64,000 nucleotides of DNA, taken from Syntrophales bacterium (lineage in GTDB: Bacteria > Desulfobacterota > Syntrophia > Syntrophales > UBA4778). Within the stretch, counting starts at the first letter, position 1; every line of letters begins with the position of its first letter. This document shows, one piece after another, positions 1-8,861 of the stretch. Location of the stretch: assembly GCA_963665615.2 (NCBI GenBank), contig CAXXQE010000007.1, positions 186,001-250,000 of the forward strand. Direction: 5' to 3'. The notes under the pieces are model-generated. The model saw nothing but the letters and a program-made list of their open reading frames with translations, was not told where the DNA came from and did not search any database. The translations under genes were made by a program, and so were the position numbers.

Positions 1-3000
1 CGCTTCCGGCAGTGCCATTCACAGTAAACCCTATTTGCGCCAACTGATCGCTGTTTAATTCTGAACCATCGGCGAACACAAAGCGATCGACTCTTGACTC
101 AGGGGACGAAAACCAGTTTGCCAGGCGTATTCCATCATCGCTTTCCCAAAAAGCAATACACAGGTCACCGGATTGCTTTATGAAAGACATTTTGTCGATC
201 GAGATACCCTCGCCGAACTCAAGAACATCAGTCGTCTCAGCGTTATCAGAAGCAGCATTGTAAATACGGTCATAGCCATCACCGCTATCGAATCGATAAA
301 CGTCATTCCCGACGCCTCCATCCAAATAATCGTCGCCTGAACCCCCGAAAAGCGAGTCATCTCCGCCTCCGGCAAGAATCGAATCGTTCCCATCGTCGCC
401 GCTTAGATAGTCGTTGCCACTGCTATTTACATCCCCCTGAAGATAATCATCACCGACACCGCCATATACCGTGTCGTTGCCGTTTCCTGCTATGATAATA
501 TCGTTGCCGGCGCCGCCGTCCAGATAACCGTCACCATCCGCCGTTTCAATCCGATCATCGCCATCTTCACCGAAAATAATGGAATTGCCGCCCTCGTCAT
601 ACAAAACGTCATTCCCCGCGCCGGCATAAATCTCATCATCACCGGTACCGCCCCAGATCGAATCAGCGCCATCGCCGGCCAAGATAACGTCATTGCCCGC
701 GCCACCGGTTATCGTATTATTGCCGTTTCCTCCGTCAATATAATCATTGCCGTCATCAGCCTGTATCTGATCGTTTCCTGAACCGGCATAAATCTCGTCG
801 TCTCCAACTCCCGCAACAACGATATTGTTTCCTTCACCTGCATCAAAGTAGTTATTGCCATCCCCTCCGTAGAGTGTGTCGTTGCCATCCCCACCGATAA
901 GCGTATCATTGCCTCCATAACCAAAAAGGATATCGTCTCCGGCTTCTCCGTCCAGATAGTCGTCTCCCTGATACGCCAGATCGATATCCGAGTCTCCGTA
1001 AAGCGCGTCGTTGCCGGCACCGCCATACAACGTATCACTTCCTCCATAGCCCCACAGCGTATCATCGCCGGCCTCACCGTCCAGATAATCATCGCCATGA
1101 TCGATAACGAGAACATTATCTGCATCGCCGGCAAGCAAATCGTTTCCATCGCCGCCGAATATCTCATCAGAACCGCCAGCGCCAATAAGAATATCGTCAC
1201 CATCCTCGCCATCAATATAGTCGTCGCCAAAATACACGCTTGAGTCACCAGTTCCATCCCCGTAAATCGTGTCGTTTCCTTCACCTCCGAAAAGGTCATC
1301 TGATCCGCCGTATCCCTCGATCTGATCGTTACCGGCACCTCCATCGATATAATCGTTGCCATGCTGCTCTATCGGCAGAGAAGTATATTGATTATCGCCT
1401 ATAAGAATATCATCCCCATCGCCACCTTCGATGAAGTCATCTCCTGCCTCTCCAAAAATGGTATCAATTCCCGCGCCGCCATACACTTCATCATCACCCG
1501 CTCCTGCCAATACGAAATCATTGCCTGTGCCTGCATAGACGACATCATCAGCACCGTCGATATGGGGAGCAAAATAATTCGTTATCCCCGTAATTACCGG
1601 TGTATATGTTGTGCCCTCACCACCCGAAGCAACATTTATCGTATATCCCCATGTATACGTTTCCGCGGTACCGGCCGTCATGCCTGTCTCAGAATCACTC
1701 TCGATCAGATCGTCACCGCCGCCGCCTACTATTAAATCTTTTCCCCATCCGCCCAAAAGGATGTCATAGCCGTTTGAGCCGTAGATATAGTTTTCTGTCG
1801 CATTGGCTACGACAATAATATCCCCCTTCAGGCCGCTATCCTGAGCTGTTTCTCCATTGGCGATTAATGTTTCCATCTCGCCATAAGAATCACCGAACAA
1901 TCGATTATTCCCTGCATTGCTTCCGAATATTATGTCGCTTCCTGAGCCGCCCTCAATCAGGCAATTAACGGATGAGTTAGCATCCAGGGCATCGTTGCCG
2001 TCGCCCCCCTGAATCCAGAGTATACCCGTATTGCTCGCTTGAACCAAATCATCGCCTGCTCCGCAGTCAATTTGGTCATTGCCGGGACCGCCAGACATGA
2101 TTTCATCATCCCCGTTACCGCCCGATACTCGATCATCGCCACCGTGATTAACATAAATGATATCGTTCCCATCTCGGCCTTCTATTTGATCATTACCGGT
2201 TGTATCATGAAGGACATCGTACCAACCCGGATCAGGTTGCTCTGGATCCACGAGGAGAACATTTCCCCATTCATCGTAATGGGGCTGAATGCCTTCGGTG
2301 TCAGGATCAAAATCTATCGGGGTCAGATCGCCAACAATCGTATTTGTGATATCGGCGTAGGAATACTGTCTGGGATTCTCCGGAACATCAATCAGGTTGA
2401 TGCTGAAATCGCCGGACTGGAAATCTTGGATTGAGATGGTGCTGCCATCACTAAGAGTAATTGTATTAGCTGAGAATTGAATGGTGCCAGTTGGATCGCT
2501 CCATGTGGTTCCAGAACCGAATAAATTTCCAAATATAATGGAATTGTATGGAAACAACGAATTTTGTACTACTATCCGGCCTTTCTTATCCTCGTCAACA
2601 ATGACATCGTTGCCATCACCAGTCTGGTAAAAATAGGTATCGCATCCCGTTCCACCGTATAAGGTATCATTGCCTTTGCCGCCATTGAGTTTGTCATCAC
2701 CGCCACCACCATATATTGTATCGCTTCCAGCACCGCCATATAAAACATCATTTCCGGCGGTTCCACCAGCATTGCCAGTTTTGTTCATGGCATTCGCATC
2801 GCCAATGATCTCCTGCGGCAGATCGCCGTAAATCTCGCTTCCGGCATCGCCAGCGTAGATCACATCGCTGCCATAGCCACCAACCAGAGTGCCGCTTTGA
2901 GCATTCCCATTATAATGACCGCTGTCATAATTCGCCTTGATGACCTCATTGGCTTTGCTGCCGATTATTGTCACAGGAGATTTGCTGTCAACATAGATAC

Positions 3001-3790
3001 CTTCTGTTATGCTCTTTGTTGCATCGGATATCGAGTGAGTTGCTCCATTGATAAATACTTCTTTCCCGATATCGGTTCCAGTATCGGAGATCGCCGAAGC
3101 AGAATCTTTCGCAGAAATATTATAGACCTTATCCGCAATAATTGTTGTTCCTTTATTGGCAAGATAAGACTCGTAACGATTCCATTGCGCGTCTGTCCAC
3201 TCTACCTCAATTCCAAAGCCGTCACTCATGACTACCTTGCCTGGAGTTGCTGCAGCGCCAACATAATAATATTTTCTGGCAAGATTCTTCGCACCTGGCG
3301 CATTGTACGTATAGACTTCATCGATATTCGAGCTATAAGCAGCTTTGGCCATTTGTGCCAGACAGCCGCCGAGCGAGTGACCTGTCACATCAAATTGGAC
3401 TGTCGTAAGATTATATTGCTCAATAAACTGAACCATTGAACTGAACTGCTCTGCCGGTGCAGTACCTGCTGCGATTTCTCCATCTGCATAGAGATCATGG
3501 GGATCAACCTCAACGGGTAAAATCAATGCGGTCTTTAATTCAGTCCCACGATTTGCCAGGATGTACTTATTTGTTGTTGTGTCCAGAAAGATTGTGCCGG
3601 AATAACCGGTATCGTAATCTGTATATTGCGCTACGAAAAGATATCCTTTAACCCTTGATAATTGCTTCCAAATAGTAGTGTTATCATCGGGAATGCCATT
3701 CAAGCTCCAGTTAGCATAGGCCATTTCTGAAAGCATAGCATAGTCGTGCGCCTTCTCCGTTGTGAAGCTATTTTCAACATTGATCGTCAT
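1..3790 (-). CDS. Large RTX (Ca-binding nonapeptide repeat) protein with N-terminal class 3-type lipase domain; 3' end beyond window (>1260 aa)
   Basis: ATG at 3790 overlaps the upstream stop (ATGA) after a GGAGG. Manual translation: MTINVENSFTTEKAHDYAMLSEMAY...YILANRGTE...FDVTGHSLGGCLAQ. Many GGxGxD repeats follow from ~2780 leftwards (NDVLYGGAGSDTIYGGGGDDKLNGGKGNDTLYGG). The same frame at the window edge reads ESRVDRFVFADGSELN (hemolysin-type Ca-binding-related motif). Absence from the ORF track fits having no stop inside the window. Confidence 0.9.
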   Translation of the reverse strand, partial: MTINVENSFTTEKAHDYAMLSEMAYANWSLNGIPDDNTTIWKQLSRVKGYLFVAQYTDYDTGYSGTIFLDTTTNKYILANRGTELKTALILPVEVDPHDLYADGEIAAGTAPAEQFSSMVQFIEQYNLTTVQFDVTGHSLGGCLAQMAKAAYSSNIDEVYTYNAPGAKNLARKYYYVGAAATPGKVVMSDGFGIEVEWTDAQWNRYESYLANKGTTIIADKVYNISAKDSASAISDTGTDIGKEVFINGATHSISDATKSITEGIYVDSKSPVTIIGSKANEVIKANYDSGHYNGNAQSGTLVGGYGSDVIYAGDAGSEIYGDLPQEIIGDANAMNKTGNAGGTAGNDVLYGGAGSDTIYGGGGDDKLNGGKGNDTLYGGTGCDTYFYQTGDGNDVIVDEDKKGRIVVQNSLFPYNSIIFGNLFGSGTTWSDPTGTIQFSANTITLSDGSTISIQDFQSGDFSINLIDVPENPRQYSYADITNTIVGDLTPIDFDPDTEGIQPHYDEWGNVLLVDPEQPDPGWYDVLHDTTGNDQIEGRDGNDIIYVNHGGDDRVSGGNGDDEIMSGGPGNDQIDCGAGDDLVQASNTGILWIQGGDGNDALDANSSVNCLIEGGSGSDIIFGSNAGNNRLFGDSYGEMETLIANGETAQDSGLKGDIIVVANATENYIYGSNGYDILLGGWGKDLIVGGGGDDLIESDSETGMTAGTAETYTWGYTINVASGGEGTTYTPVITGITNYFAPHIDGADDVVYAGTGNDFVLAGAGDDEVYGGAGIDTIFGEAGDDFIEGGDGDDILIGDNQYTSLPIEQHGNDYIDGGAGNDQIEGYGGSDDLFGGEGNDTIYGDGTGDSSVYFGDDYIDGEDGDDILIGAGGSDEIFGGDGNDLLAGDADNVLVIDHGDDYLDGEAGDDTLWGYGGSDTLYGGAGNDALYGDSDIDLAYQGDDYLDGEAGDDILFGYGGNDTLIGGDGNDTLYGGDGNNYFDAGEGNNIVVAGVGDDEIYAGSGNDQIQADDGNDYIDGGNGNNTITGGAGNDVILAGDGADSIWGGTGDDEIYAGAGNDVLYDEGGNSIIFGEDGDDRIETADGDGYLDGGAGNDIIIAGNGNDTVYGGVGDDYLQGDVNSSGNDYLSGDDGNDSILAGGGDDSLFGGSGDDYLDGGVGNDVYRFDSGDGYDRIYNAASDNAETTDVLEFGEGISIDKMSFIKQSGDLCIAFWESDDGIRLANWFSSPESRVDRFVFADGSELNSDQLAQIGFTVNGTAGS

Positions 3791-4548
3791 TGCTCATCCT
3801 CCTTGGCTTCTATTTTTGGCCTTAACACTGTATACTGAAAGTCATAAAAGCGACTCTTCCCCGGACAACTAAAGGCGATCTCCCTACCAAGCTCTGCTCT
3901 TCCGTCAAAAAACTTCCAATTGAAAAAAGGGAGAAAATTTCGAAGGGCCACCTCTCGATATTCCCCCATCAATTTGTCCGTCGATCGATTTCTGATCTTC
4001 ATGAAGCGAAGCTCACAAATTCCAAAACGCATTCTTTTAATCATAACGAAGTAGTTGCTTTCTGCGGATTCAACAGGGGTACATCTAGTGGCAGGAATGA
4101 GAACGCGATACGATTGCGGATATTTTTTTATCACTGTACATCGATATACTTTCGGAGAGATTGGTGCACAACTCTGATAATAAGAAGAACATCTGGCAGT
4201 AATGAGTGATTCGATGTAACTGAATCCCCTGCCATCATCATGGAACGAACTACTTGTGAATACTTCTTTGCCAAAATCATCTGTGTAGATTGCATTCTTT
4301 ACATTCCCTTCATAATAGATCCCATCTGTTATTGCTGTCTCATAAATGCCCCATTTAGGAACGATAAGGCATGCCGGGAAATAGACTACGCACCCCAAGA
4401 CAACATCCCAAGTTGGCAGTAAAATAACGAAAGCTAGGGATAGCCAATGATAGAATCGGCTATAGGTTCTCGCTGAGACAAACTTGAGAAACTCCCGCGC
4501 CAGGAAGACATATAAAATCACACAAAAAAGTACGATCATCAATTCCAT
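3787..4548 (-). CDS. Membrane-anchored hypothetical protein, candidate immunity/partner of the downstream RTX-lipase
   Basis: 253 aa; two N-terminal hydrophobic segments, then a Cys-containing soluble domain; translationally coupled (ATGA) to the RTX gene. Confidence 0.65.
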   Translation of the reverse strand: MELMIVLFCVILYVFLAREFLKFVSARTYSRFYHWLSLAFVILLPTWDVVLGCVVYFPACLIVPKWGIYETAITDGIYYEGNVKNAIYTDDFGKEVFTSSSFHDDGRGFSYIESLITARCSSYYQSCAPISPKVYRCTVIKKYPQSYRVLIPATRCTPVESAESNYFVMIKRMRFGICELRFMKIRNRSTDKLMGEYREVALRNFLPFFNWKFFDGRAELGREIAFSCPGKSRFYDFQYTVLRPKIEAKEDEQ

Positions 4549-4601
4549 CGTTCGGCCTCCTTCTCGATGCCAACCTTATCAATAACATGAGCCTATGTCC
4601 G

Positions 4602-5645
4602 TCATTGCTGCGATTGCAGATCCAATAGAACGGCCATGTCTTGCCTATCACATACAAGTTTCGCACCTTGGCAAGTCAATTCATATAAGCGCCTGCTTGT
4701 TGGCGTCCCTCGCCGTTTCTGTTTATCCCACTTCACTTCTGTAAACAATGCATACTCTTTTCCGTCAATAGCAAGTAGCGTCAGATCAGCATCCTGAGCA
4801 TTCCTGTATGATGGATAACCTGCGCATGTGACTTCTAAATGTATCGTACTCCCAATGATTGATTCCCGGACATTGTCCATCTTTCCATCTCTGTTTATAT
4901 CGAATGTGAATTGAAATTTGGTCCCCTGATTGGGCTGGTACTTCTTCTGATGCGCATGATTCATCAATTCATAATTCGCCATCATTTCGATCAGACTGCC
5001 GCATACAGGTTTCTGATTATTTGTTATCGTAATTTTATCGCTAGTAGTATTCTTTGCGAGGAACTCTGGTTTAATAAACTTGCTACATTCGTTGTGCTTA
5101 TTTTCACTTATGCGAGATCCAACATCCGTGAGCGCAATGGAATAGCCCATTTCCGACCTCTTTGTGGCCTGATCCTTTTTTTTGATAGTCCAGCCATTGA
5201 ACCCCTTGTTCGAAGCAAAATAGTCCGCAACGCAGAATGTAAAAAAGAGCACATCATCGGGCTCAACTTCACTGAAGGGTTTAATCTGACGCGAGCTTTT
5301 GGTGCTTACATGATAGATGTTGTTTTTAACATTCGATATCTCGACAGTGACCCCAATATCTTTGATGCCTGGCTTCAACCACTGGCGGGAATGGACAACA
5401 AAGCTTGATGTATCGGAAGTGACAGCTAATGGGCGAGAGCCTACATTTTCTTTTGTCTCATCTTTCCGCAGAGGCTCATCATTACCAGCCTCATTACCTA
5501 TGTGCGTCGCACCTTCTTCATCAGTCCAGTTATAATAGCTTTCGGCATTTACACTTATTGAGAAAACAAGGCTCGCACAGATTACGGCCGAAATGATGAT
5601 CCCAATATTTTGACCATACACGACATCGCGTCTAACAGATTTCAT
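4602..5645 (-). CDS. Exported hypothetical protein with DUF4124-like N-terminal motif
   Basis: Signal-peptide-like segment ending SVNA-ES, then YYNWTDEEGATHIGN (resembles the DUF4124 motif Y.W.D..G..H); later FDINRDGKMD Ca-binding-like loop. Confidence 0.55.
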   Translation of the reverse strand: MKSVRRDVVYGQNIGIIISAVICASLVFSISVNAESYYNWTDEEGATHIGNEAGNDEPLRKDETKENVGSRPLAVTSDTSSFVVHSRQWLKPGIKDIGVTVEISNVKNNIYHVSTKSSRQIKPFSEVEPDDVLFFTFCVADYFASNKGFNGWTIKKKDQATKRSEMGYSIALTDVGSRISENKHNECSKFIKPEFLAKNTTSDKITITNNQKPVCGSLIEMMANYELMNHAHQKKYQPNQGTKFQFTFDINRDGKMDNVRESIIGSTIHLEVTCAGYPSYRNAQDADLTLLAIDGKEYALFTEVKWDKQKRRGTPTSRRLYELTCQGAKLVCDRQDMAVLLDLQSQQ

Positions 5646-5729
5646 AAATGGAGTTCCCTTCTCAATAAGTCTGATGCATTGTTTCTTTCACGGTCCGATA
5701 ATCTGACATTGATATTTTCTCAATCCACC

Positions 5730-5851
5730 TTAGTTGCTTAGGCAGAGAGTCCATAGCGTCAATCCTACACTCTTGCCAGTCCAGCAAGATGGTAAGTCTG
5801 CGCCCATGATTCTTGCGTAGCAAGTTGCATATACTCCAAGTCCGTAGCCAT
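5730..5851 (-). pseudogene. Decayed stub of a lipase N-terminal cassette (paralog of 9932-10324)
   Basis: Starts MATDLEYMQLAT, identical to the protein starting at 10324, then goes out of frame; DLPSCWT in another frame matches DLPAGWS. Confidence 0.75.
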
Positions 5852-5922
5852 AATTAATCCCTCCGTGAATTATATGTTTGGTTGATTTATTGGCCGCATA
5901 CTTTTCGCTTCGGTCCAACTTG
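5821..5922. repeat. Direct repeat copy 1 (partner-gene end, intergenic spacer, lipase start); copy 2 at 10294-10395
   Basis: 5826-5898 is identical to 10299-10371 (73 bp); offset 4473 bp. Confidence 0.9.
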
Positions 5923-6480
5923 CCTAATCGACGGGCGGTATCCAAGATCTTCATTTTCTTTTTTTTTTGTCTCCAAGTTCACAAATTTAGGCATATCGAT
6001 CCCATCTCGGAGATAAAGGTTCGTTTTCCGACTTTCAAACTCATCCGGAAGCTCCTCCTCAATCCAACTGCCGTTCTGATAAACATATTTGAGATAAATT
6101 TCGCAGACTGAATTAATAGGCAAAATCGTGTACACGACTGACTTTCCGTCCTCGATATCGAGAATCAATGGTATTTCGGGCCATGTTTGCTCGTCTTTTT
6201 TAGTTGATCGCCACTCTATCTGCTGGCCAGATCCGCCTGGATCAGCAAACCGAATCCGATACTCTTTCGGCTTCGTCCCGCTGGGATTAGCAACTATTTC
6301 GTCCCCGCCACCCTCCCTAATTGTCTCGCGTTCAACGACAATGACGCGCCCATCACTCAGCTGTACTTCTTCCTTCCATTTCTCAGTGCCGCCGAATCTC
6401 ATACAGCCGGACAAATTCATGCTTGCCGCACCCAGAACTAGAATTGAAAACAGTAGAAGTAAATTTTTTCTCTTGTTCAT
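5887..6480 (-). CDS. Predicted lipoprotein, candidate immunity/partner protein (family A, copy 2)
   Basis: Lipobox LSGC after a hydrophobic stretch; KWKEEVQLSDG motif; about 70% identical (manual count) to 10360-10953 and the same length; ATG overlaps the stop of 6477-7958. Confidence 0.8.
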   Translation of the reverse strand: MNKRKNLLLLFSILVLGAASMNLSGCMRFGGTEKWKEEVQLSDGRVIVVERETIREGGGDEIVANPSGTKPKEYRIRFADPGGSGQQIEWRSTKKDEQTWPEIPLILDIEDGKSVVYTILPINSVCEIYLKYVYQNGSWIEEELPDEFESRKTNLYLRDGIDMPKFVNLETKKKENEDLGYRPSIRQVGPKRKVCGQ

Positions 6481-6626
6481 GCTGCGTTCCTCCATTCGAT
6501 AATCTGGTCGTCGCCATCGCCGGCTTCATAGTAATAGACATCATGCCCCAGGCCGCCGTTGAGAACATCATTACCGATTCCGCCGATTAACGTATCCGCT
6601 CCGGTGCCGCCGGATAGCGTGTCTGC
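6477..6626. repeat. RTX-tail direct repeat copy 1; copy 2 at 8711-8860
   Basis: About 150 bp of high similarity at offset 2234 bp; both copies encode [47 protein letters not shown]. Confidence 0.9.
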
Positions 6627-7958
6627 TTCGGCGCCACCGTATAAAAGATCCGAATCTGTGCTCCCAATCAACGTGTCTCCGCTATTCCACCCAAGCATAA
6701 ACGCCTTCTGTGTGCCGCCGACCGCCACCATCGCATCAGTGCCTGCCTGGATATACCAGTCGAGCAGGTTTGGAATCTGCTGTGTGATAATGCCGGTCCC
6801 GTTGCCAAGCAGTGTTCTCAAATATTTGTTGAAATAGAGATTGTAGCCCTTGGCATCATCCAGGCTTGCAGCCACATCGACACGATTGAAATGAATGCCA
6901 CCCGTCAACTGCTCAAATAATTCTTTATCTGAGCCGCTGGCAGCAGGGTTGGCATAATACATCTGCATCGCAAAGGCGGTCAGCGCATCGGTCAACTTGC
7001 TGTTCGACATCGTCAAGCCACCGTCCTGAGCAATTTTCTGCAGGTCATTGGTGAAACGGGTGAGCATCAGATCGGCTTGAGCCACACCGGGCGCATTGCC
7101 GAACTCATGGCGGACAAGACGCTCAAGAAAATTCTCTTTGTCCTTATATGTTTCATTGTAATAAAGCCTTTTATCAAAAAGCATCCCGATTAAATCCGTC
7201 AATTGGTATGATGCAAGACGAAAATCGTCATTCGCCAGAAAAGCTGTAAGAAGAGATTGGGAGTGCAAATCTGTTCCTGAAATGTCCGGAGAACCATGCG
7301 TGAGCATCTGTTGATTTCCGATAACGGAATAACGGCACAATATCGGCCAGTGACTGAGAAATTCGCCATAAACATATTGCCCGCTTACATTGCTCTGGCG
7401 TGTGCTGAGATCGGCAGCAGTGCAATTGATAAGTCCCGGCGCGAGTGTCGTAATATCTTCAATGCTGTAATTTGCCGTTTCTACAAGGTAATAGAGAATG
7501 TCATCCCGTATTGACATTTTGAGGGAGGCTGCAAATGGCGCCTGATCAAAAGTAACGGCAGTTTTATTGAAGAATACGCCCATTAACGCTGCCAGACCGC
7601 CACCCAGTGAATGCCCGGTAAATGATATTGTGGCATTGGGATTTGCAGCTTTTACCTGCATGTAATATTCGGCAGCTTGTAGTAACTGCTTTGAGCCCCA
7701 TCCCATAGCCAAGCCTATGTCGGCAGCTATATCGCCTGTGATATTCTTAGAGTCGGTGCCTGCAAAGGAGATGACAATCTGATTGCCGCTTTGGAAAGAT
7801 ACAGCTTCGAAGCCGCTGGATGTCGGATAATTGTCATTGGGTACATGAAAAAACTCAGTCCAACCATCTGGCACAGAAAACCAGTTTTCTCCGCTACGAT
7901 TTGTTTGATACGCGCGTCCAGCCATAATTGCATAATCAATTTCAAATTGGGTAGCCAT
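6477..7958 (-). CDS. Orphan lipase N-terminal cassette with a short RTX tail (truncated RTX-lipase)
   Basis: SFAGTD and FTGHSLGGGLA lipase motifs; C-terminal repeats [26 protein letters not shown], ending abruptly at [14 protein letters not shown]. Confidence 0.85.
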   Translation of the reverse strand: MATQFEIDYAIMAGRAYQTNRSGENWFSVPDGWTEFFHVPNDNYPTSSGFEAVSFQSGNQIVISFAGTDSKNITGDIAADIGLAMGWGSKQLLQAAEYYMQVKAANPNATISFTGHSLGGGLAALMGVFFNKTAVTFDQAPFAASLKMSIRDDILYYLVETANYSIEDITTLAPGLINCTAADLSTRQSNVSGQYVYGEFLSHWPILCRYSVIGNQQMLTHGSPDISGTDLHSQSLLTAFLANDDFRLASYQLTDLIGMLFDKRLYYNETYKDKENFLERLVRHEFGNAPGVAQADLMLTRFTNDLQKIAQDGGLTMSNSKLTDALTAFAMQMYYANPAASGSDKELFEQLTGGIHFNRVDVAASLDDAKGYNLYFNKYLRTLLGNGTGIITQQIPNLLDWYIQAGTDAMVAVGGTQKAFMLGWNSGDTLIGSTDSDLLYGGAEADTLSGGTGADTLIGGIGNDVLNGGLGHDVYYYEAGDGDDQIIEWRNAA

Positions 7959-8000
7959 GTTATTCTCCTTTTTAACTTTCAGTCTCGAAACTATGAATGC

Positions 8001-8714
8001 TTATTTTCCTGTACCATTTGATTTCGGCAAAATTGGAAATGGCGCTTTGGGGCTAATATAGCGAGGTGAACCCCAATCCGGGCAGCTCACCCCCAATGAT
8101 CCAGGCTTTAACGGCACTCGGATTATTTCTCGATACTGCTCATGATCGCGCAGCAGACTGCTGTTGAGTTCCTTCACTTTCTCTGCAGATACCAGCTTCT
8201 GACTGACGAGCTCTTCTTCATCACTACCTTGTGTCTCTATGACAAGATTGATTTTTTTAACTTCCTTCGGCAACTCGGATAATTCGATACGCTTCCATAT
8301 AGAACCATCATACTTTAAAATGACATACGGAGGATTTGGCCGACCCCATTTATTATAAGACAAGCATAAACGTGGCGTTGTGATGATATATGGTGTGGAA
8401 TTCAAAATATGTAGCGCCACAGCTATAAAATTTGATCTTCCTATCTCTTCACTATAATTGTCTTTCCAGGTAACAATTTTTTTTGTTCTTGGAATCGTGA
8501 AGGAGATGCTTTGGTCGCTGACGCCGGGCTCTTGTCCTATCTCATGCCGTCCGCCATGTTTCTGCCATCTTTCCACAACGATCTTGCTGCCGTCATGCAG
8601 AAGCACCTCTTCCTTCCATTTAGCCGTTTTCCCAAATCCCGGGAATGCAAATGCGTTCACGCTGGTCCCCCCAAAGGTCATAATTGTAAGGAATATAATG
8701 ATTGCTCTTTTCAT
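8001..8714 (-). CDS. Exported protein, candidate immunity/partner protein (family B)
   Basis: Signal peptide (…SVNAFA); [11 protein letters not shown] motif shared with the family A lipoproteins; directly upstream of lipase cassette 6477-7958. Confidence 0.75.
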   Translation of the reverse strand: MKRAIIIFLTIMTFGGTSVNAFAFPGFGKTAKWKEEVLLHDGSKIVVERWQKHGGRHEIGQEPGVSDQSISFTIPRTKKIVTWKDNYSEEIGRSNFIAVALHILNSTPYIITTPRLCLSYNKWGRPNPPYVILKYDGSIWKRIELSELPKEVKKINLVIETQGSDEEELVSQKLVSAEKVKELNSSLLRDHEQYREIIRVPLKPGSLGVSCPDWGSPRYISPKAPFPILPKSNGTGK

Positions 8715-8860
8715 GCTGCGTTCCTCCAATCGATAATCTGGTCATCACCATCGCCGGCCTCATAATAGTAGACATCATGCCCCAAGCCGCCGTTGAGGAC
8801 ATCGTTGCCGATACCGCCGATTAACGTATCCGCACCGGAGCCGCCGGACAGCGTGTCCGC
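8711..8860 (-). pseudogene. 3' (RTX-tail) fragment of the lipase cassette interrupted by the transposase element
   Basis: Encodes [49 protein letters not shown] with no start; abuts the element's left inverted repeat. Confidence 0.8.
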
Positions 8861-8861
8861 A

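Noticed and set aside
180..2800. Periodic ~27-bp-type repeats that could be mistaken for a CRISPR or tandem array
   Set aside because: They are degenerate codons of GGxGxD RTX nonapeptides; there is no constant repeat with unique spacers and no cas genes.
178..3651. Many short ORFs on both strands in the ORF track
   Set aside because: They are alternate-frame shadows of the single long RTX gene (3790 to <1); repetitive Gly/Asp codons generate them.
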